Positions 1-11,700 of a DNA stretch of 64,000 nucleotides are shown piece after piece (positions within the stretch are counted from its first letter, which is position 1; each line of letters starts with the position of its first letter). The notes below the pieces were generated by a model. It had not been told where the DNA came from and searched no databases. It saw nothing but the letters and a program-made list of their open reading frames with translations. The DNA comes from Bacteroidia bacterium. GTDB lineage: Bacteria; Bacteroidota; Bacteroidia; NS11-12g; UBA9320. The position numbers and the translations under genes were made by a program. Location: contig JAGYJG010000001.1 of the NCBI GenBank assembly GCA_018402155.1, positions 418,831-482,830 on the forward strand. Direction: 5' to 3'.

Positions 1-288
1 AAATATATAACCAATAGTTTTTGTGATTTCTGGATCATTTGATACCATATTGCCAAAAATAAAAGCTGCTCCTGCATCAGTAAAAGAGAGTAATTGAGTG
101 AAAAAACCTGCAAAAACACCAAAAATAGAAGCGAAAACAGGCACCTTAAAAACTAGTAAACCTAAAATGAGCTGGATAATAATACCTGCACCTACTAGCC
201 TCCAGTTGATTCTTTTCTTGTGTTTGCTAAATGAGAAAGCAATACCGATTAGTATAATCAAGCCGAGTAAACCCCTAAATATGTCCAT
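1..288 (-). CDS. Concentrative nucleoside transporter (CNT, NupC family), 5' part only; continues off the left edge
   Basis: Not in the ORF track. Manual translation from ATG at 288 gives MDIFRGLLGLIILIGIAFSFSKHKKRINWRLVGAGIIIQLILG...FTDAGAAFIFG, the typical CNT N-terminus. Confidence 0.85.
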   Translation of the reverse strand, partial: MDIFRGLLGLIILIGIAFSFSKHKKRINWRLVGAGIIIQLILGLLVFKVPVFASIFGVFAGFFTQLLSFTDAGAAFIFGNMVSNDPEITKTIGYIF

Positions 289-527
289 TTATCTATTTTA
301 AAGCGGTAAATATAAGATTATCTCTTTGTTGGCTTTCTTGTTTGAGTATGATCTACACTTTTTTTTGCAAATCTTTTTTGTAAAGCCTTTTTCTTTATTA
401 AAGCAACCTTAGTTATTAAGGTACTATTCGAAATAAATATTGATTTATTTGGTATAACAATTCGAGTATGGCTATTTTTTAGTCAATCTATACTACTATG
501 TAGGTTATTAGAAATGTGAGCTTGCAT

Positions 528-535
528 TACCTTTG
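528..535 (+). promoter_or_regulatory. Bacteroidota -7 promoter element (TACCTTTG) for icmF
   Basis: Matches TAnnTTTG. It lies downstream of the ORF-track start at 516, which favours the ATG at 579. Confidence 0.6.
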
Positions 536-578
536 TAGAGTTTATAAAATATACTATCAGCAAAACGAGATAACAGAT

Positions 579-3500
579 ATGCAAGACCAAACTCCATATA
601 CTCCCATAAATAAGGTTCGAATAGTAACAGCAGCCTCTCTTTTTGACGGACATGATGCAGCTATCAATGTTATGCGAAGAATCATACAAGCTACTGGCTG
701 TGAGGTAATCCACTTGGGCCATGACCGAAGTGCAGAAGAAGTAGTAAATACGGCTATACAAGAAGATGCAAATGCCATAGCTATTACAAGTTATCAAGGT
801 GGGCATAATGAATATTTTAAGTATATGCGAGACTTGCTAGTAGAAAAAGGTGCAGGGCACATCAAGTTATTTGGTGGAGGTGGAGGCACTATTTTACCGT
901 CAGAGATAAAGGAGTTAGAGGATTACGGTATTTCTAAAATATATCATCCCGATGATGGTAGATCTATGGGTCTTCAAGGAATGATAAATGATTTGGTTCA
1001 ATCATCAGATTTCCCAACGGGCCAAAATCTTGATAATGAAGCTGAGTCATTTCGTTCTATGAATAAGATGTCTATTGCTCGTATTATCTCAGCAGCAGAA
1101 AATTTTCCAGATGAAAATAAAGTTCTGCTTGCAGAAATTTCAAAAGAGGCCGCAGCATTAGCCACACCCGTACTTGGGATTACAGGAACAGGAGGCGCGG
1201 GTAAAAGTAGTTTGGTAGATGAGTTGGTGAGAAGATTTTTAGTAGACTTTCCGAGTAAAAATATTGCAATAATATCTGTAGATCCTTCAAAAAGAAAAAC
1301 AGGTGGGGCATTGTTAGGAGATAGAATACGAATGAATAGCATAAGAAATAATCGAGTTTATATGCGTTCTTTGGCCACTCGTCAAGCTAATTTGGCTCTT
1401 TCTGCTCATATTGACGTTGCGAAAGATATCTTGAAGGTAGCAGGCTTTGATTTAATTATATTAGAAACTTCTGGTATTGGTCAAAGTGATACAGAAATTA
1501 CAGATCACTGTGATGCAAGCCTATACGTAATGACACCTGAGTATGGTGCAGCTACTCAGCTAGAAAAGATAGATATGCTTGATTTTGCCGATGTCATCGC
1601 ACTCAATAAATTTGATAAACGTGGCGGGCTAGATGCATTGAGAGATGTAAAAAAGCAGTACCAAAGAAACCATGTCCGTTTTGATGATGATGTGGATAGC
1701 ATGCCAGTCTATGGAACTATTGCAAGCCAGTTTAACGATCCAGGAGTGAACTCCCTTTATGCTAAATTGATACATACGATCAATGAAAAAACTTCGGCTG
1801 GATTAAACTCCGGACTCGTTGCAGCTAACGAAATGTCTGAAAAGGTATTTATCATACCACCTAAAAGAGTACGATACCTCTCCGAAATAGCTGAGAGTAA
1901 TAGAAACTATGATAAATGGGCTAAGGAACAATCTGAAATAGCTCAAAAATTATATGGTATTAATAAGACGATTACCACTATAAAAGAGACACAGATTGAA
2001 GACTCTGCTAGACTTATAAAAGACTTAAAAGAAACTTATACTAAAGTTGCCTTAGACTTTGATCCTAAACTTCAGCTTGTTCTAGATACTTGGGATAAGG
2101 TGAAGGAATCGTATGCAAATGATATTTATACCTATTTAGTCAGAAATAAAGAAATAAAGGTAGAGACAAAGAGTATTTCACTTTCTCACCAAAAAATTAG
2201 CAAAGTATCGTTACCGAAATATGAAGCTTGGGGTGATGTATTGCAATGGAATTTGCAAGAAAATGTACCTGGTAAATTTCCATATACTGCGGGTATTTAT
2301 CCTTTTAAAAGACAGGGTGAGGACCCCACTAGGATGTTTGCCGGTGAGGGTGGTCCAGAACGAACCAATAAGCGGTTTCATTATTTGAGTAGTAGTATGC
2401 CAGCAAAAAGGTTGTCTACTGCTTTCGACTCTGTAACACTGTATGGGAATGACCCCGACTATCGTCCAGATATTTATGGAAAAATTGGTAATGCGGGCGT
2501 GAGCATATGCTGCCTAGATGATGCAAAAAAATTGTATTCAGGGTTCAATTTAGCACACGCTATGACCTCTGTAAGTATGACAATTAATGGTCCAGCTCCG
2601 ATGTTGCTAGGTTTCTTTATGAATGCAGCTATAGATCAGCAGTGTGAATTGTATATCAAAGAAAATGGTTTGGTAGATGAGATACAGAAAAAAATAGATA
2701 ATTATTTTAGCAAAAAAGGGAGTAAACAACCTAGTTATAGTGGTGAATTACCACATGGGAATGATGGTCTAGGCCTCATGTTGTTGGGTCTAACAGGAGA
2801 TAAAGTACTTCCTATTTCGGTTTATGATAAGATAAAAGCAGATACCCTAAAACAAGTAAGAGGGACAGTACAAGCAGATATTTTGAAAGAGGACCAAGCG
2901 CAAAATACGTGTATTTTTTCCACTGAATTTGCGCTTAGACTTATGGGAGACGTGCAGCAGTATTTTACCAATGAAGGAGTGCGAAATTTCTACTCTGTAA
3001 GTATATCTGGATACCACATTGCAGAGGCAGGAGCAAATCCTATAACACAGCTTGCTTTTACCTTAGCCAATGGATTTACATATGTAGAGTATTATCTAAG
3101 TAGAGGTATGGATATCAATGATTTTGGGCCAAATTTATCCTTCTTCTTCTCCAATGGTATAGATCCAGAATATGCGGTAATAGGGCGGGTGGCAAGAAGA
3201 ATTTGGGCTAAAGCAATGAAGTTAAAATACGGAGCTGATGAGCGAAGCCAAATGTTGAAATACCACATCCAGACTAGTGGCAGAAGCTTACACGCTCAAG
3301 AAATAGATTTTAACGATATACGTACCACACTGCAGGCCTTGTATGCAATATATGATAACTGCAACTCACTGCATACAAACGCCTACGACGAGGCTATTAC
3401 TACGCCTACAGAAGAAAGTGTGCGCCGTGCAGTAGCCATACAGCTCATCATAAATAAGGAATTTGGGTTGGCAAAAAATGAAAACCCTATGCAAGGTTCA

Positions 3501-3959
3501 TTTATTACCGAAGAGCTTACCGAGTTGGTAGAGGAGGCGGTACTTGCAGAGTTTGATAAAATAACCGAGCGTGGCGGAGTGCTAGGTGCTATGGAAACCA
3601 TGTATCAGCGGTCTAAAATACAAGAAGAAAGTTTGTACTACGAAACGCTAAAGCACAATGGAGATTTTCCCATTATCGGCGTAAATACCTTCCTGAGTAG
3701 CAAAGGATCTCCTACTGTTTTGCCCAAAGAAGTGATACGAGCTACAGAGGACGAAAAACAGTTTCAAATTAATACACTTAACAGTCTCAATATGCGCTAC
3801 GAAGTGGAAGCGAAGGAACAATTGAGCCATATACAGAAGATAGCTTTACAAAATGGAAATGTTTTTGAAGCCTTGATGGAGGCAACCAAAGTATGTTCTT
3901 TGGGTCAAATTACTAATGCTCTATTCGAGGTGGGTGGGCAATATAGAAGAAACATGTAG
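579..3959 (+). CDS. icmF: Fused isobutyryl-CoA mutase (B12-binding domain, MeaB-like GTPase, mutase barrel)
   Basis: N-terminal [10 protein letters not shown]12 motif, P-loop [11 protein letters not shown] and NKFD GTPase motifs, and mutase PTRMFAG with Phe at the specificity position. Confidence 0.92.
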   Translation: MQDQTPYTPINKVRIVTAASLFDGHDAAINVMRRIIQATGCEVIHLGHDRSAEEVVNTAIQEDANAIAITSYQGGHNEYFKYMRDLLVEKGAGHIKLFGGGGGTILPSEIKELEDYGISKIYHPDDGRSMGLQGMINDLVQSSDFPTGQNLDNEAESFRSMNKMSIARIISAAENFPDENKVLLAEISKEAAALATPVLGITGTGGAGKSSLVDELVRRFLVDFPSKNIAIISVDPSKRKTGGALLGDRIRMNSIRNNRVYMRSLATRQANLALSAHIDVAKDILKVAGFDLIILETSGIGQSDTEITDHCDASLYVMTPEYGAATQLEKIDMLDFADVIALNKFDKRGGLDALRDVKKQYQRNHVRFDDDVDSMPVYGTIASQFNDPGVNSLYAKLIHTINEKTSAGLNSGLVAANEMSEKVFIIPPKRVRYLSEIAESNRNYDKWAKEQSEIAQKLYGINKTITTIKETQIEDSARLIKDLKETYTKVALDFDPKLQLVLDTWDKVKESYANDIYTYLVRNKEIKVETKSISLSHQKISKVSLPKYEAWGDVLQWNLQENVPGKFPYTAGIYPFKRQGEDPTRMFAGEGGPERTNKRFHYLSSSMPAKRLSTAFDSVTLYGNDPDYRPDIYGKIGNAGVSICCLDDAKKLYSGFNLAHAMTSVSMTINGPAPMLLGFFMNAAIDQQCELYIKENGLVDEIQKKIDNYFSKKGSKQPSYSGELPHGNDGLGLMLLGLTGDKVLPISVYDKIKADTLKQVRGTVQADILKEDQAQNTCIFSTEFALRLMGDVQQYFTNEGVRNFYSVSISGYHIAEAGANPITQLAFTLANGFTYVEYYLSRGMDINDFGPNLSFFFSNGIDPEYAVIGRVARRIWAKAMKLKYGADERSQMLKYHIQTSGRSLHAQEIDFNDIRTTLQALYAIYDNCNSLHTNAYDEAITTPTEESVRRAVAIQLIINKEFGLAKNENPMQGSFITEELTELVEEAVLAEFDKITERGGVLGAMETMYQRSKIQEESLYYETLKHNGDFPIIGVNTFLSSKGSPTVLPKEVIRATEDEKQFQINTLNSLNMRYEVEAKEQLSHIQKIALQNGNVFEALMEATKVCSLGQITNALFEVGGQYRRNM

Positions 3960-4307
3960 AGCATCTAGCATCTAAATGTTAGCTTAAGTATATTTTAACG
4001 ATAAAAGAAGACTTTGAGAAATATATTTCACCTAGATTTTGAAAGGGTTTAATATTAATTTTTAAAGTACATTAATAAACAGTTTTACCTCGTTATTCTA
4101 AAATTTTAGTAAAAACCTAAAATATATGAATATGGATTTTAACAAATAAAAAGCAGTTTTTTGCTCCAGCCTTTGATCGCCAAATTAGAACTTCTTAGGC
4201 GGTGGTTATTCTATTAATTTAGCAGTTTGTCACTCGTTAATAAATAGAGACAATTCAAAAATTATGAAAGAGAAAGCCAATTGCACAAGCTTTACCAATA
4301 AGTGAAA

Positions 4308-5720
4308 CTAACCTGCGGCGGCCTGCATCAGATATCCGCTTATAAGTGCACCGTAGGTGCCCAAAGCATAGCCTAGCACAGCTAGTAAAACTCCTACGGG
4401 TGCTAAAGATGGGTGAAAAGCAGCAGCTACCACAGGGGCCGACGCAGCTCCTCCTATATTTGCTTTGCTACCCACAGCTAGAAAAAAGAATGGAGCTTTG
4501 ATAATTTTTGCTACCACTACTAGAAGGATAACGTGAACTAGCATCCAAGTTAACCCGACCAAAAATATTGCAGGATTTTCAAATATGGCCATCACGTTCA
4601 TTTTCATTCCAATAGTGGCGACCAATATATAAATGAACACACCGCCAATTTTTGATGCACCAGCACCTTCAAAATTTCGTAGGCGTGTAAAACTAAAAAC
4701 TATACCTAATCCCGTAGCAATTACTATCAGCCAAAAAAAACTAGATCCTAAGCTGAAGGTTTTTGCAAGGTAAGGAGAGTATTCTTGGACAAAGGGAGAC
4801 AACATATCGGCAAAGAAATGGGCTACTCCAGTAGCTCCTAATCCAAGCCCAAGTATGATTACAATGTCATTAAAACTAGGAATGCGAGCAATTCGTTGGC
4901 TAAACTCCTGCATTTGGTTTTTAAGGGTATTTACAGCAGTGGCGTCTGCCTTAAAAAAAGCGTCAATTTTGTCTGCTCGGCCTACTCCTAGCAATAAGAA
5001 AAACATCCATACTTCTGCTACAATTATATCGACGGTAATCATCATAGAGTACATGCTCCCCGTTATTAGATTATTTTCTCCATCTTTAAAAATCTCATAC
5101 ATGGCAGCTTGGTTGGCTCCTCCGCCTATCCAACTGCCAGCTATAGTTGTCATACCTCTCCATACCTCGTGAGGTGCAGCACCTCCTACTACTTCTGGAG
5201 CGAGGAATGAAAAGAGCAATATCGCTAATGGCCCACCTATGATAACGCCTATAGTGCCAGTAATGAACATAATCAGCGCTTTGTAACCAAGATTAAAAAC
5301 TTCTTTGAGATTGATACTTAGCGTAAGCAGGACCAAACTGGCCGGTAGTAAATAGCGTGAGGCCACGAAATAAAGTTGAGATTTGCCGATGTAAGGTTTT
5401 AGTAAATCACCACCAATCTCATTTTTTAGGACAAAGTTTTTAAAATCTTTAAACGTAGATATATCAGAAACATCGTATCCACTCGTACTTAAAGCTTTTA
5501 GTGCAGCGTCCATATCTATCCACATAGGCGAGATGATACCTAGTGTACTAAAAAGCGAGGGTAAAAAGTAACATAGTAGTAAGGCTGGAATTATTTTATA
5601 AAAGGATTGAAATTTGGTCAACTCACTTGATTTAAAAATCAAGGCGAGTAGAGTGATAAGTATGCCGAAAACTACAGCATCATTTGTTATGAGGGGTATA
5701 TCTGATACAACTTCTTCCAT
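4308..5720 (-). CDS. DUF819 family polytopic membrane protein (putative transporter)
   Basis: Many TM helices; GSWIGGGANQ and GSKANIGGAASAPVVAAAFH motifs. Confidence 0.8.
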   Translation of the reverse strand: MEEVVSDIPLITNDAVVFGILITLLALIFKSSELTKFQSFYKIIPALLLCYFLPSLFSTLGIISPMWIDMDAALKALSTSGYDVSDISTFKDFKNFVLKNEIGGDLLKPYIGKSQLYFVASRYLLPASLVLLTLSINLKEVFNLGYKALIMFITGTIGVIIGGPLAILLFSFLAPEVVGGAAPHEVWRGMTTIAGSWIGGGANQAAMYEIFKDGENNLITGSMYSMMITVDIIVAEVWMFFLLLGVGRADKIDAFFKADATAVNTLKNQMQEFSQRIARIPSFNDIVIILGLGLGATGVAHFFADMLSPFVQEYSPYLAKTFSLGSSFFWLIVIATGLGIVFSFTRLRNFEGAGASKIGGVFIYILVATIGMKMNVMAIFENPAIFLVGLTWMLVHVILLVVVAKIIKAPFFFLAVGSKANIGGAASAPVVAAAFHPSLAPVGVLLAVLGYALGTYGALISGYLMQAAAG

Positions 5721-5799
5721 TTTTCTAATTATTTTTAATCTCCATCGAGTACTTACAAAGCGTATTGATTTTGATGTTTAGCAGTTAGTTTATCTTGTA

Positions 5800-6759
5800 T
5801 TAAATATCCCAATTATTTGAAAATATGGCTTCTTTTTTCTTACCATTTCGTCCTATTTTGGGGATACTACCATCACTACGTATATAGTGATCATTGTAAG
5901 ACACATTCTTTTTAAATATACCATTTTGATTAAGGGGAATATGAAGTTTGAAGCCAAGTAAGAAATAACTATCGTTTATGCTGCTATTTCCTCTTTTGCT
6001 GCCAGGAGTTCCAACTTTTTTTGCATTATTCCCGTAAGCTGGATTACTGAAATAAGCAGCTTCTTCTCCAGAATTTATAAGAATTGCTTCTCTATCATAG
6101 TAGTTGCCCGACACGTCGTCCAGATAGTCAGTAAACGATTTTCTTAGTGATAGATCTATACCTAGAATCATACCGTTCTGTAAGTAAAACTTTTTACCAA
6201 ATCCAAAAGGTATAACCGCAGAGTAAATATTGTAAGGACTTTGTGCTGGGTCTACCAACTGCCCTTCAGTACCTAATGGTCTTAGTTTGTACCAAACTCC
6301 ATTCATTTCGTTCATCGGCTGGTAGAAAAAGACCCCACCGCCTACATTTGCATAGAATCCTTTTAGAAGTCTCACATTTCTGGGTACCGTGTATTCTATT
6401 TTAAATGCCGTTTCTAAGACGTCCGTCCTTACCTTTAATTGGCGGTATTTTCTATCCCAGTTTGTTTCAGCATCGTCTGCGCGAAGGCGGGTGTAAAAAG
6501 CATCAAAACCGAAGGAAAAACCATTAGGCAAGTTATATTGTAAGCCGCTACCGATAGCGTATCTCGTTTGACTTATATTTAAATCTTCTGCATCATTTGT
6601 GCCAATATAATTTTTACCTCCTAAATCGCTGAGTAGCGAGGAAGAAGATATTAAAACGTGTGTAGACCAATTAGGATAAGACTTACTTTGGTCTTGGGCG
6701 TCAACTTTCATCGCAAAAAATGATAGTAGTGATAGTAATAATAACAGATGTTTTGTCAT
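5800..6759 (-). CDS. Outer-membrane beta-barrel protein, DUF6089-like
   Basis: Signal peptide; SDLGG, LRPLGTEGQ, FTDYLDDVSG and RGN...NDSY motifs. Confidence 0.7.
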   Translation of the reverse strand: MTKHLLLLLSLLSFFAMKVDAQDQSKSYPNWSTHVLISSSSLLSDLGGKNYIGTNDAEDLNISQTRYAIGSGLQYNLPNGFSFGFDAFYTRLRADDAETNWDRKYRQLKVRTDVLETAFKIEYTVPRNVRLLKGFYANVGGGVFFYQPMNEMNGVWYKLRPLGTEGQLVDPAQSPYNIYSAVIPFGFGKKFYLQNGMILGIDLSLRKSFTDYLDDVSGNYYDREAILINSGEEAAYFSNPAYGNNAKKVGTPGSKRGNSSINDSYFLLGFKLHIPLNQNGIFKKNVSYNDHYIRSDGSIPKIGRNGKKKEAIFSNNWDI

Positions 6760-6965
6760 AAGAATATGTGTTGCCGAAATTACGACTTTTTGTTTGTTAG
6801 GTCAAAAAAAATAGTAGTTTGACTCTATTATTTTGTTCCTAAAACTGCTGTATCAAGTTGACGAAAATAAAATAGATAAATGAATCATTAGTTTATGAAC
6901 TTAAATTTAACAAAGTGGTTTATCATTTATCTAAGTTTTAACTTTGCAGAACATAAACGTAAATA

Positions 6966-9824
6966 ATGTACAAGGAACAATTTTCTGACCGTCATAACAG
7001 CATTTCTCCAAGTGAGGAATCGCAAATGATAGCAATGCTGGGCTATGCCAATACCGAGCAGCTAATTTCTCAAACAATACCAGACGAGATACGGCTCAAA
7101 AAAGAGCTGAACTTGTCTGATCCATTGACAGAAGTAGAACTTTTGGCAAGTCTAAAACAAATAGGGAGTAAGAATATCATAGCAAAGAGTTATATTGGTA
7201 TGGGCTATTATGGCACGCATACGCCTCAAGTAATATTGCGCAATATTTTAGAAAATCCAGGATGGTATACGCAGTACACTCCATACCAAGCTGAAATAGC
7301 GCAAGGCCGATTAGAGGCTCTTTTAAATTTTCAAACTATGATTATGGATTTGACGGGTATGGAGCTTGCAAATTCAAGTTTGTTAGATGAGGCAACTGCA
7401 GCTGCAGAGGCTATGGCTATGCTATACAGTGCAAAGAGTAGGCAAACAGGAAATAAAATTTTCGTTTCAGAAAAAGCTTTCCCTCAGACCATAGATGTAC
7501 TTCAGACACGTGCTAACCCCCTCAATATTGAGGTAGTTATTGGCAATCCGTTTCAAGTAGATTTTACAGAAGAATATTTTGCGGTATTTGTTCAATACCC
7601 TACAGGTGATGGATGTGTAGAAGATTATGCAGAAATGACCGAAAATGCTTTGCGCAGCGGAGTGAAGACTATAGTAGCTGCGGATATATTATCACTAACA
7701 TTGCTAAAGCCACCCGGGGAATGGGGAGCTGAGGTGGTTGTGGGAAGCACACAGCGCTTTGGCATACCTATGGGTAATGGTGGTCCACACGCGGCATTTT
7801 TTGCTACTAAGGAAGAGCATAAACGAAGATTGCCCGGCAGAATTATTGGGGTATCACTTGATGCACAAGGCAATAACGCACTGCGTATGGCGCTCCAAAC
7901 CAGAGAGCAGCATATAAAACGTGATAAGGCTACAAGCAATATCTGTACGGCTCAAGCTTTACTTGCGGTAATGGCAGGTATGTATGCAGCATACCAAGGT
8001 CCAAAACGATTGAAAGCTATAGCGCAAAGGGTAAATGAGCTAACCAGTATACTGGCTAATAACATTATTGCAATGGGTTATGAGCTGAAGAATAATAGTG
8101 CATTCGATACACTAGCTGTAGTTGCTGGAAAAGAACAGCAGGCAAAAATTTTTTCTATACTTGATTCTCAAAATATCAATGTAAGGTATGCCGAGGATTT
8201 CATAGGTATAAGTTTGGACGAAACTACGACACTGGAGGATATACGGTTGCTAGCTGGTCTATTGGCAGAGGCAAATGGCGTATCAGTTGTCTTTACAGAA
8301 AAGGTATCTCAAATGTGGGATTTACATCTTACTAGGGAGTCCTCATTTTTGGAGCATCCAGTTTTTAATTCATATCACACAGAGCATGAAATGCTTAGGT
8401 ATCTGAAGTCTTTGGAAAACAAAGATTTATCGCTAGCGCACTCCATGATTGCATTGGGTAGTTGTACAATGAAGCTGAATGCAACCACAGAGATGGTTCC
8501 CGTTACTTGGGAGTCTTTTGGTAACATACACCCTTTTGCACCCAAGCATCAATTGCTTGGTTATACACAAATGCTGAGTGAGTTGGAAAGAGATTTATCG
8601 GAAATTACAGGCTTTCATAGAGTGAGCCTACAGCCCAATGCAGGTGCCCAAGGAGAGTATGCGGGACTAATGACTATTCGCGCATATTTTCTAGATAGAA
8701 ATGAAGCACACAGAGATATTGTGATTATACCAGATTCTGCACATGGTACCAATCCCGCAAGTGCTGTAATGGCAGGTATGAAAGTGGTTGTCATAAAATG
8801 TCATCCCAATGGATATATTGATTTGAATGATTTGCGAGAAAAAGCTGAACACCATAAGGATAACCTTGCGGCTGTAATGGTAACATACCCAAGTACCACC
8901 GGAATTTATGAGGAAACTATAAAGGAAATAACGTCGGTTATTCATGGATATGGAGGACAAGTATACATGGATGGGGCCAACATGAACGCTCAAGTAGGTT
9001 ATACAAATCCAGCAAATATAGGCGCGGATGTGTGTCATTTAAATCTGCATAAAACATTCTGTATACCACACGGTGGGGGAGGTCCAGGCATGGGGCCAAT
9101 AGGAGTGGCAGAGCATTTGAGCCCATATTTACCTGGGCACTCAGTTGTATCTGGAGTAAGTACAGAAAAAGGAATGCAGGCAATAAGCGCAGCACCATTT
9201 GGCAGTGCTAGTATTTTGCTGATAAGCTATGCCTATATCAAAATGATGGGCACGGTAGGATTAAAGCGCGCTACAGCACTTGCTATTTTGAATGCCAATT
9301 ATATAAAGCATCGTCTGTCTGAAGGGTATGAAGTATTATTCAAAGGACAAAATGGAACGGTAGCACATGAGATGATTATAGATACGAGGCCTTTCAAGAT
9401 AACGGCTAATGTGCAAGTGGAAGATATAGCAAAACGTATGATAGATTATGGATTTCATGCTCCAACGGTAAGCTTTCCAATTCCAGGAACGATGATGATA
9501 GAACCTACAGAGAGTGAAAGTAAACAGGAGTTGGATAGATTTTGTGATGCATTACTGAGTATACGCAAGGAGATAGCTGAGATAGAAATTGGAGCTGCAG
9601 ATACGGAAAATAATGTACTAAAAAATGCTCCACATACCGCGCAAACTGTTACAGCGAGCAACTGGGACAAACCTTATACTCGAGAGAAAGCTGTGTATCC
9701 AAGTACACATTCATTAACACACAAGTTTTGGCCCTCAGTAGGCAGAGTGGACAATACCTACGGAGATAGAAATTTAGTTTGTAGCTGCTTGCCACTTTCA
9801 GCTTATGTAGAGGCTACTTCTTGA
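6966..9824 (+). CDS. gcvP: Glycine dehydrogenase (glycine cleavage P protein)
   Basis: [25 protein letters not shown]-lysine motif, C-terminal [10 protein letters not shown]; TAACTTTG promoter upstream. Confidence 0.97.
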   Translation: MYKEQFSDRHNSISPSEESQMIAMLGYANTEQLISQTIPDEIRLKKELNLSDPLTEVELLASLKQIGSKNIIAKSYIGMGYYGTHTPQVILRNILENPGWYTQYTPYQAEIAQGRLEALLNFQTMIMDLTGMELANSSLLDEATAAAEAMAMLYSAKSRQTGNKIFVSEKAFPQTIDVLQTRANPLNIEVVIGNPFQVDFTEEYFAVFVQYPTGDGCVEDYAEMTENALRSGVKTIVAADILSLTLLKPPGEWGAEVVVGSTQRFGIPMGNGGPHAAFFATKEEHKRRLPGRIIGVSLDAQGNNALRMALQTREQHIKRDKATSNICTAQALLAVMAGMYAAYQGPKRLKAIAQRVNELTSILANNIIAMGYELKNNSAFDTLAVVAGKEQQAKIFSILDSQNINVRYAEDFIGISLDETTTLEDIRLLAGLLAEANGVSVVFTEKVSQMWDLHLTRESSFLEHPVFNSYHTEHEMLRYLKSLENKDLSLAHSMIALGSCTMKLNATTEMVPVTWESFGNIHPFAPKHQLLGYTQMLSELERDLSEITGFHRVSLQPNAGAQGEYAGLMTIRAYFLDRNEAHRDIVIIPDSAHGTNPASAVMAGMKVVVIKCHPNGYIDLNDLREKAEHHKDNLAAVMVTYPSTTGIYEETIKEITSVIHGYGGQVYMDGANMNAQVGYTNPANIGADVCHLNLHKTFCIPHGGGGPGMGPIGVAEHLSPYLPGHSVVSGVSTEKGMQAISAAPFGSASILLISYAYIKMMGTVGLKRATALAILNANYIKHRLSEGYEVLFKGQNGTVAHEMIIDTRPFKITANVQVEDIAKRMIDYGFHAPTVSFPIPGTMMIEPTESESKQELDRFCDALLSIRKEIAEIEIGAADTENNVLKNAPHTAQTVTASNWDKPYTREKAVYPSTHSLTHKFWPSVGRVDNTYGDRNLVCSCLPLSAYVEATS

Positions 9825-9882
9825 TAACTGATCAAAATAAACGCAACCGTTTTGTAATATTAGGCTACCTTAGCACTCTCTT

Positions 9883-10350
9883 ATGACTTTGTCACTTATA
9901 GTAGGTATGATTTTCTTCGGGGTATTGCTTATCTTGATTGAAATTTTTGTGACGCCAGGGTTTGTAGTCGGGGTGGTAGGAGCTTTATTTTTGGTTATAG
10001 GCATAGCTTATACCTACAATGAGTTTGGAGCTTTGTTTGGGAATATTACTCTAGGAATAACAAGTGTTTTTTTGGGAACGACCATAGTAATGGCTTTTCG
10101 AAAAGGAGCTTGGAAACGATTTGCGCTTACAGATGTTATTGAAGGAAAGGCTAATAACATACACGAACTTAGGATAGACGTAGGTGACGTTGGCATAACA
10201 GTAAGTGCACTGAGACCAGCAGGGACTGCAATAATAAATGAACAAAGAGCCGAAGTTCACGCAGATGGTGAATTTATACTAGCAAATGAACAAATTGTGG
10301 TTGTCAAAAAAAACCACAATAGAATATATATTAAAAAATTAAAATCTTAA
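9883..10350 (+). CDS. Short NfeD family protein
   Basis: Three TM helices followed by an OB-like domain with LRPAG; directly upstream of floA. Confidence 0.85.
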   Translation: MTLSLIVGMIFFGVLLILIEIFVTPGFVVGVVGALFLVIGIAYTYNEFGALFGNITLGITSVFLGTTIVMAFRKGAWKRFALTDVIEGKANNIHELRIDVGDVGITVSALRPAGTAIINEQRAEVHADGEFILANEQIVVVKKNHNRIYIKKLKS

Positions 10351-10363
10351 CTTAAAAATCAAA

Positions 10364-11323
10364 ATGGGAATGTTACCAATTATTATCGGAGGAGTAGTTT
10401 TACTCTTCATTTTTTTATACTTTGTGCCTGTTGGCTTGTGGGTTACTGCCCAAGTATCTGGAGCACGTGTAGGCATTGTGCAACTAATTGTAATGCGCAT
10501 ACGCAAGGTTCCGCCATCTCTCATCGTTAATGCACTTATCAATGCAAATAAAGCAGGATTGCCAGTCACAGCAAATGATCTTGAGACACATTTTATGGCA
10601 GGGGGTAATGTAAACAACGTAGTAAAAGCGCTCATATCTGCAGATAAAGCAAATATTCCATTGAATTTTAATATGGCAGCAGCCATAGATTTGGCCGGAA
10701 GAGATGTAGCAGATGCTGTTCAACTTTCGGTAAATCCTAGAGTGATAAATACTCCTCCTGTGGCAGCAGTAGCAAAAGATGGCATACAGTTGATAGCCAA
10801 AGCACGAGTTACCGTACGGGCAAATATAGCTCAGCTAGTAGGTGGTGCCGGAGAAGACACCATTTTAGCTCGTGTGGGTGAAGGTATAGTTACTACGATT
10901 GGTTCTGCATCAAGCCATAAGGCAGTGCTGGAAAACCCAGATATGATATCTACTACTGTTTTGGCTAAAGGGTTGGACGCGGGAACAGCGTTTGAAATAC
11001 TCTCAATAGACATAGCAGATATTGACATAGGCAAAAACATAGGGGCAGAGCTACAAACAGACCAAGCAGAAGCTGATCTTAAAGTAGCCAATGCAAAAGC
11101 AGAAGAGCGCCGAGCAATGGCTGTGGCAGAGGAGCAAGAGATGAAAGCCAAAGCACAAGACGCTAGAGCCTTGGTTATTCTTGCAGAAGCAGAAATACCT
11201 AAAGCTATGGCGGAAGCTTTTCGAAGTGGGAATTTGGGCATAATGGACTATTACAAAATGAAAAATATAGAAGCAGATACAGATATGAGAGATAGTATTT
11301 CTAAAGCGGATAATAAGAAGTAA
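10364..11323 (+). CDS. floA: Flotillin-like protein FloA (YqfA/UPF0365)
   Basis: [33 protein letters not shown] and GIMDYY motifs. Confidence 0.92.
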   Translation: MGMLPIIIGGVVLLFIFLYFVPVGLWVTAQVSGARVGIVQLIVMRIRKVPPSLIVNALINANKAGLPVTANDLETHFMAGGNVNNVVKALISADKANIPLNFNMAAAIDLAGRDVADAVQLSVNPRVINTPPVAAVAKDGIQLIAKARVTVRANIAQLVGGAGEDTILARVGEGIVTTIGSASSHKAVLENPDMISTTVLAKGLDAGTAFEILSIDIADIDIGKNIGAELQTDQAEADLKVANAKAEERRAMAVAEEQEMKAKAQDARALVILAEAEIPKAMAEAFRSGNLGIMDYYKMKNIEADTDMRDSISKADNKK

Positions 11324-11346
11324 TCGCTATCTCAAATGTATTTTTT

Positions 11347-11388
11347 AGGGGGAGGGATTTGCCGCAGGCAAATCCCTCCCCCTTTTTT
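11347..11388 (+). terminator. Intrinsic terminator after floA
   Basis: 17-bp perfect stem AGGGGGAGGGATTTGCC-gca-GGCAAATCCCTCCCCCT followed by a T-run. Confidence 0.85.
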
Positions 11389-11700
11389 AGTTTTTTCTTC
11401 AAGAAATTAAAAAAATACTGTTATTCTTTCAATGATTGTCAATATTGATGCAGATTGAACCCTACTAAAACTGCTCGCTACAAGTTGATTTGGAATCTAA
11501 TAGAATCTACTTCTGTGGATTGAATCTACTCAAAAGTAGTAACTTATTAGAGATAGACAGAATAATGTTTTTTTTTGAATAGAGAAACCTCCAACTTAAA
11601 TACTTTTAAATTGTCAAGAACTTTAAACACTCTGTAACTTCGATTTATGTGCCAATAAACATAGTATGAATATTTAATGAAGCCTTTATGTGCAATTTCT

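Noticed and set aside
98-301. 67-aa plus-strand ORF
   Set aside because: It is antisense to the nucleoside transporter 5' end
300-578. Cobalamin riboswitch upstream of icmF
   Set aside because: AT-rich with no B12-box motifs, and the leader is short
6760-6965. Glycine riboswitch upstream of gcvP
   Set aside because: No aptamer motifs, and the promoter element is only about 20 nt from the ATG
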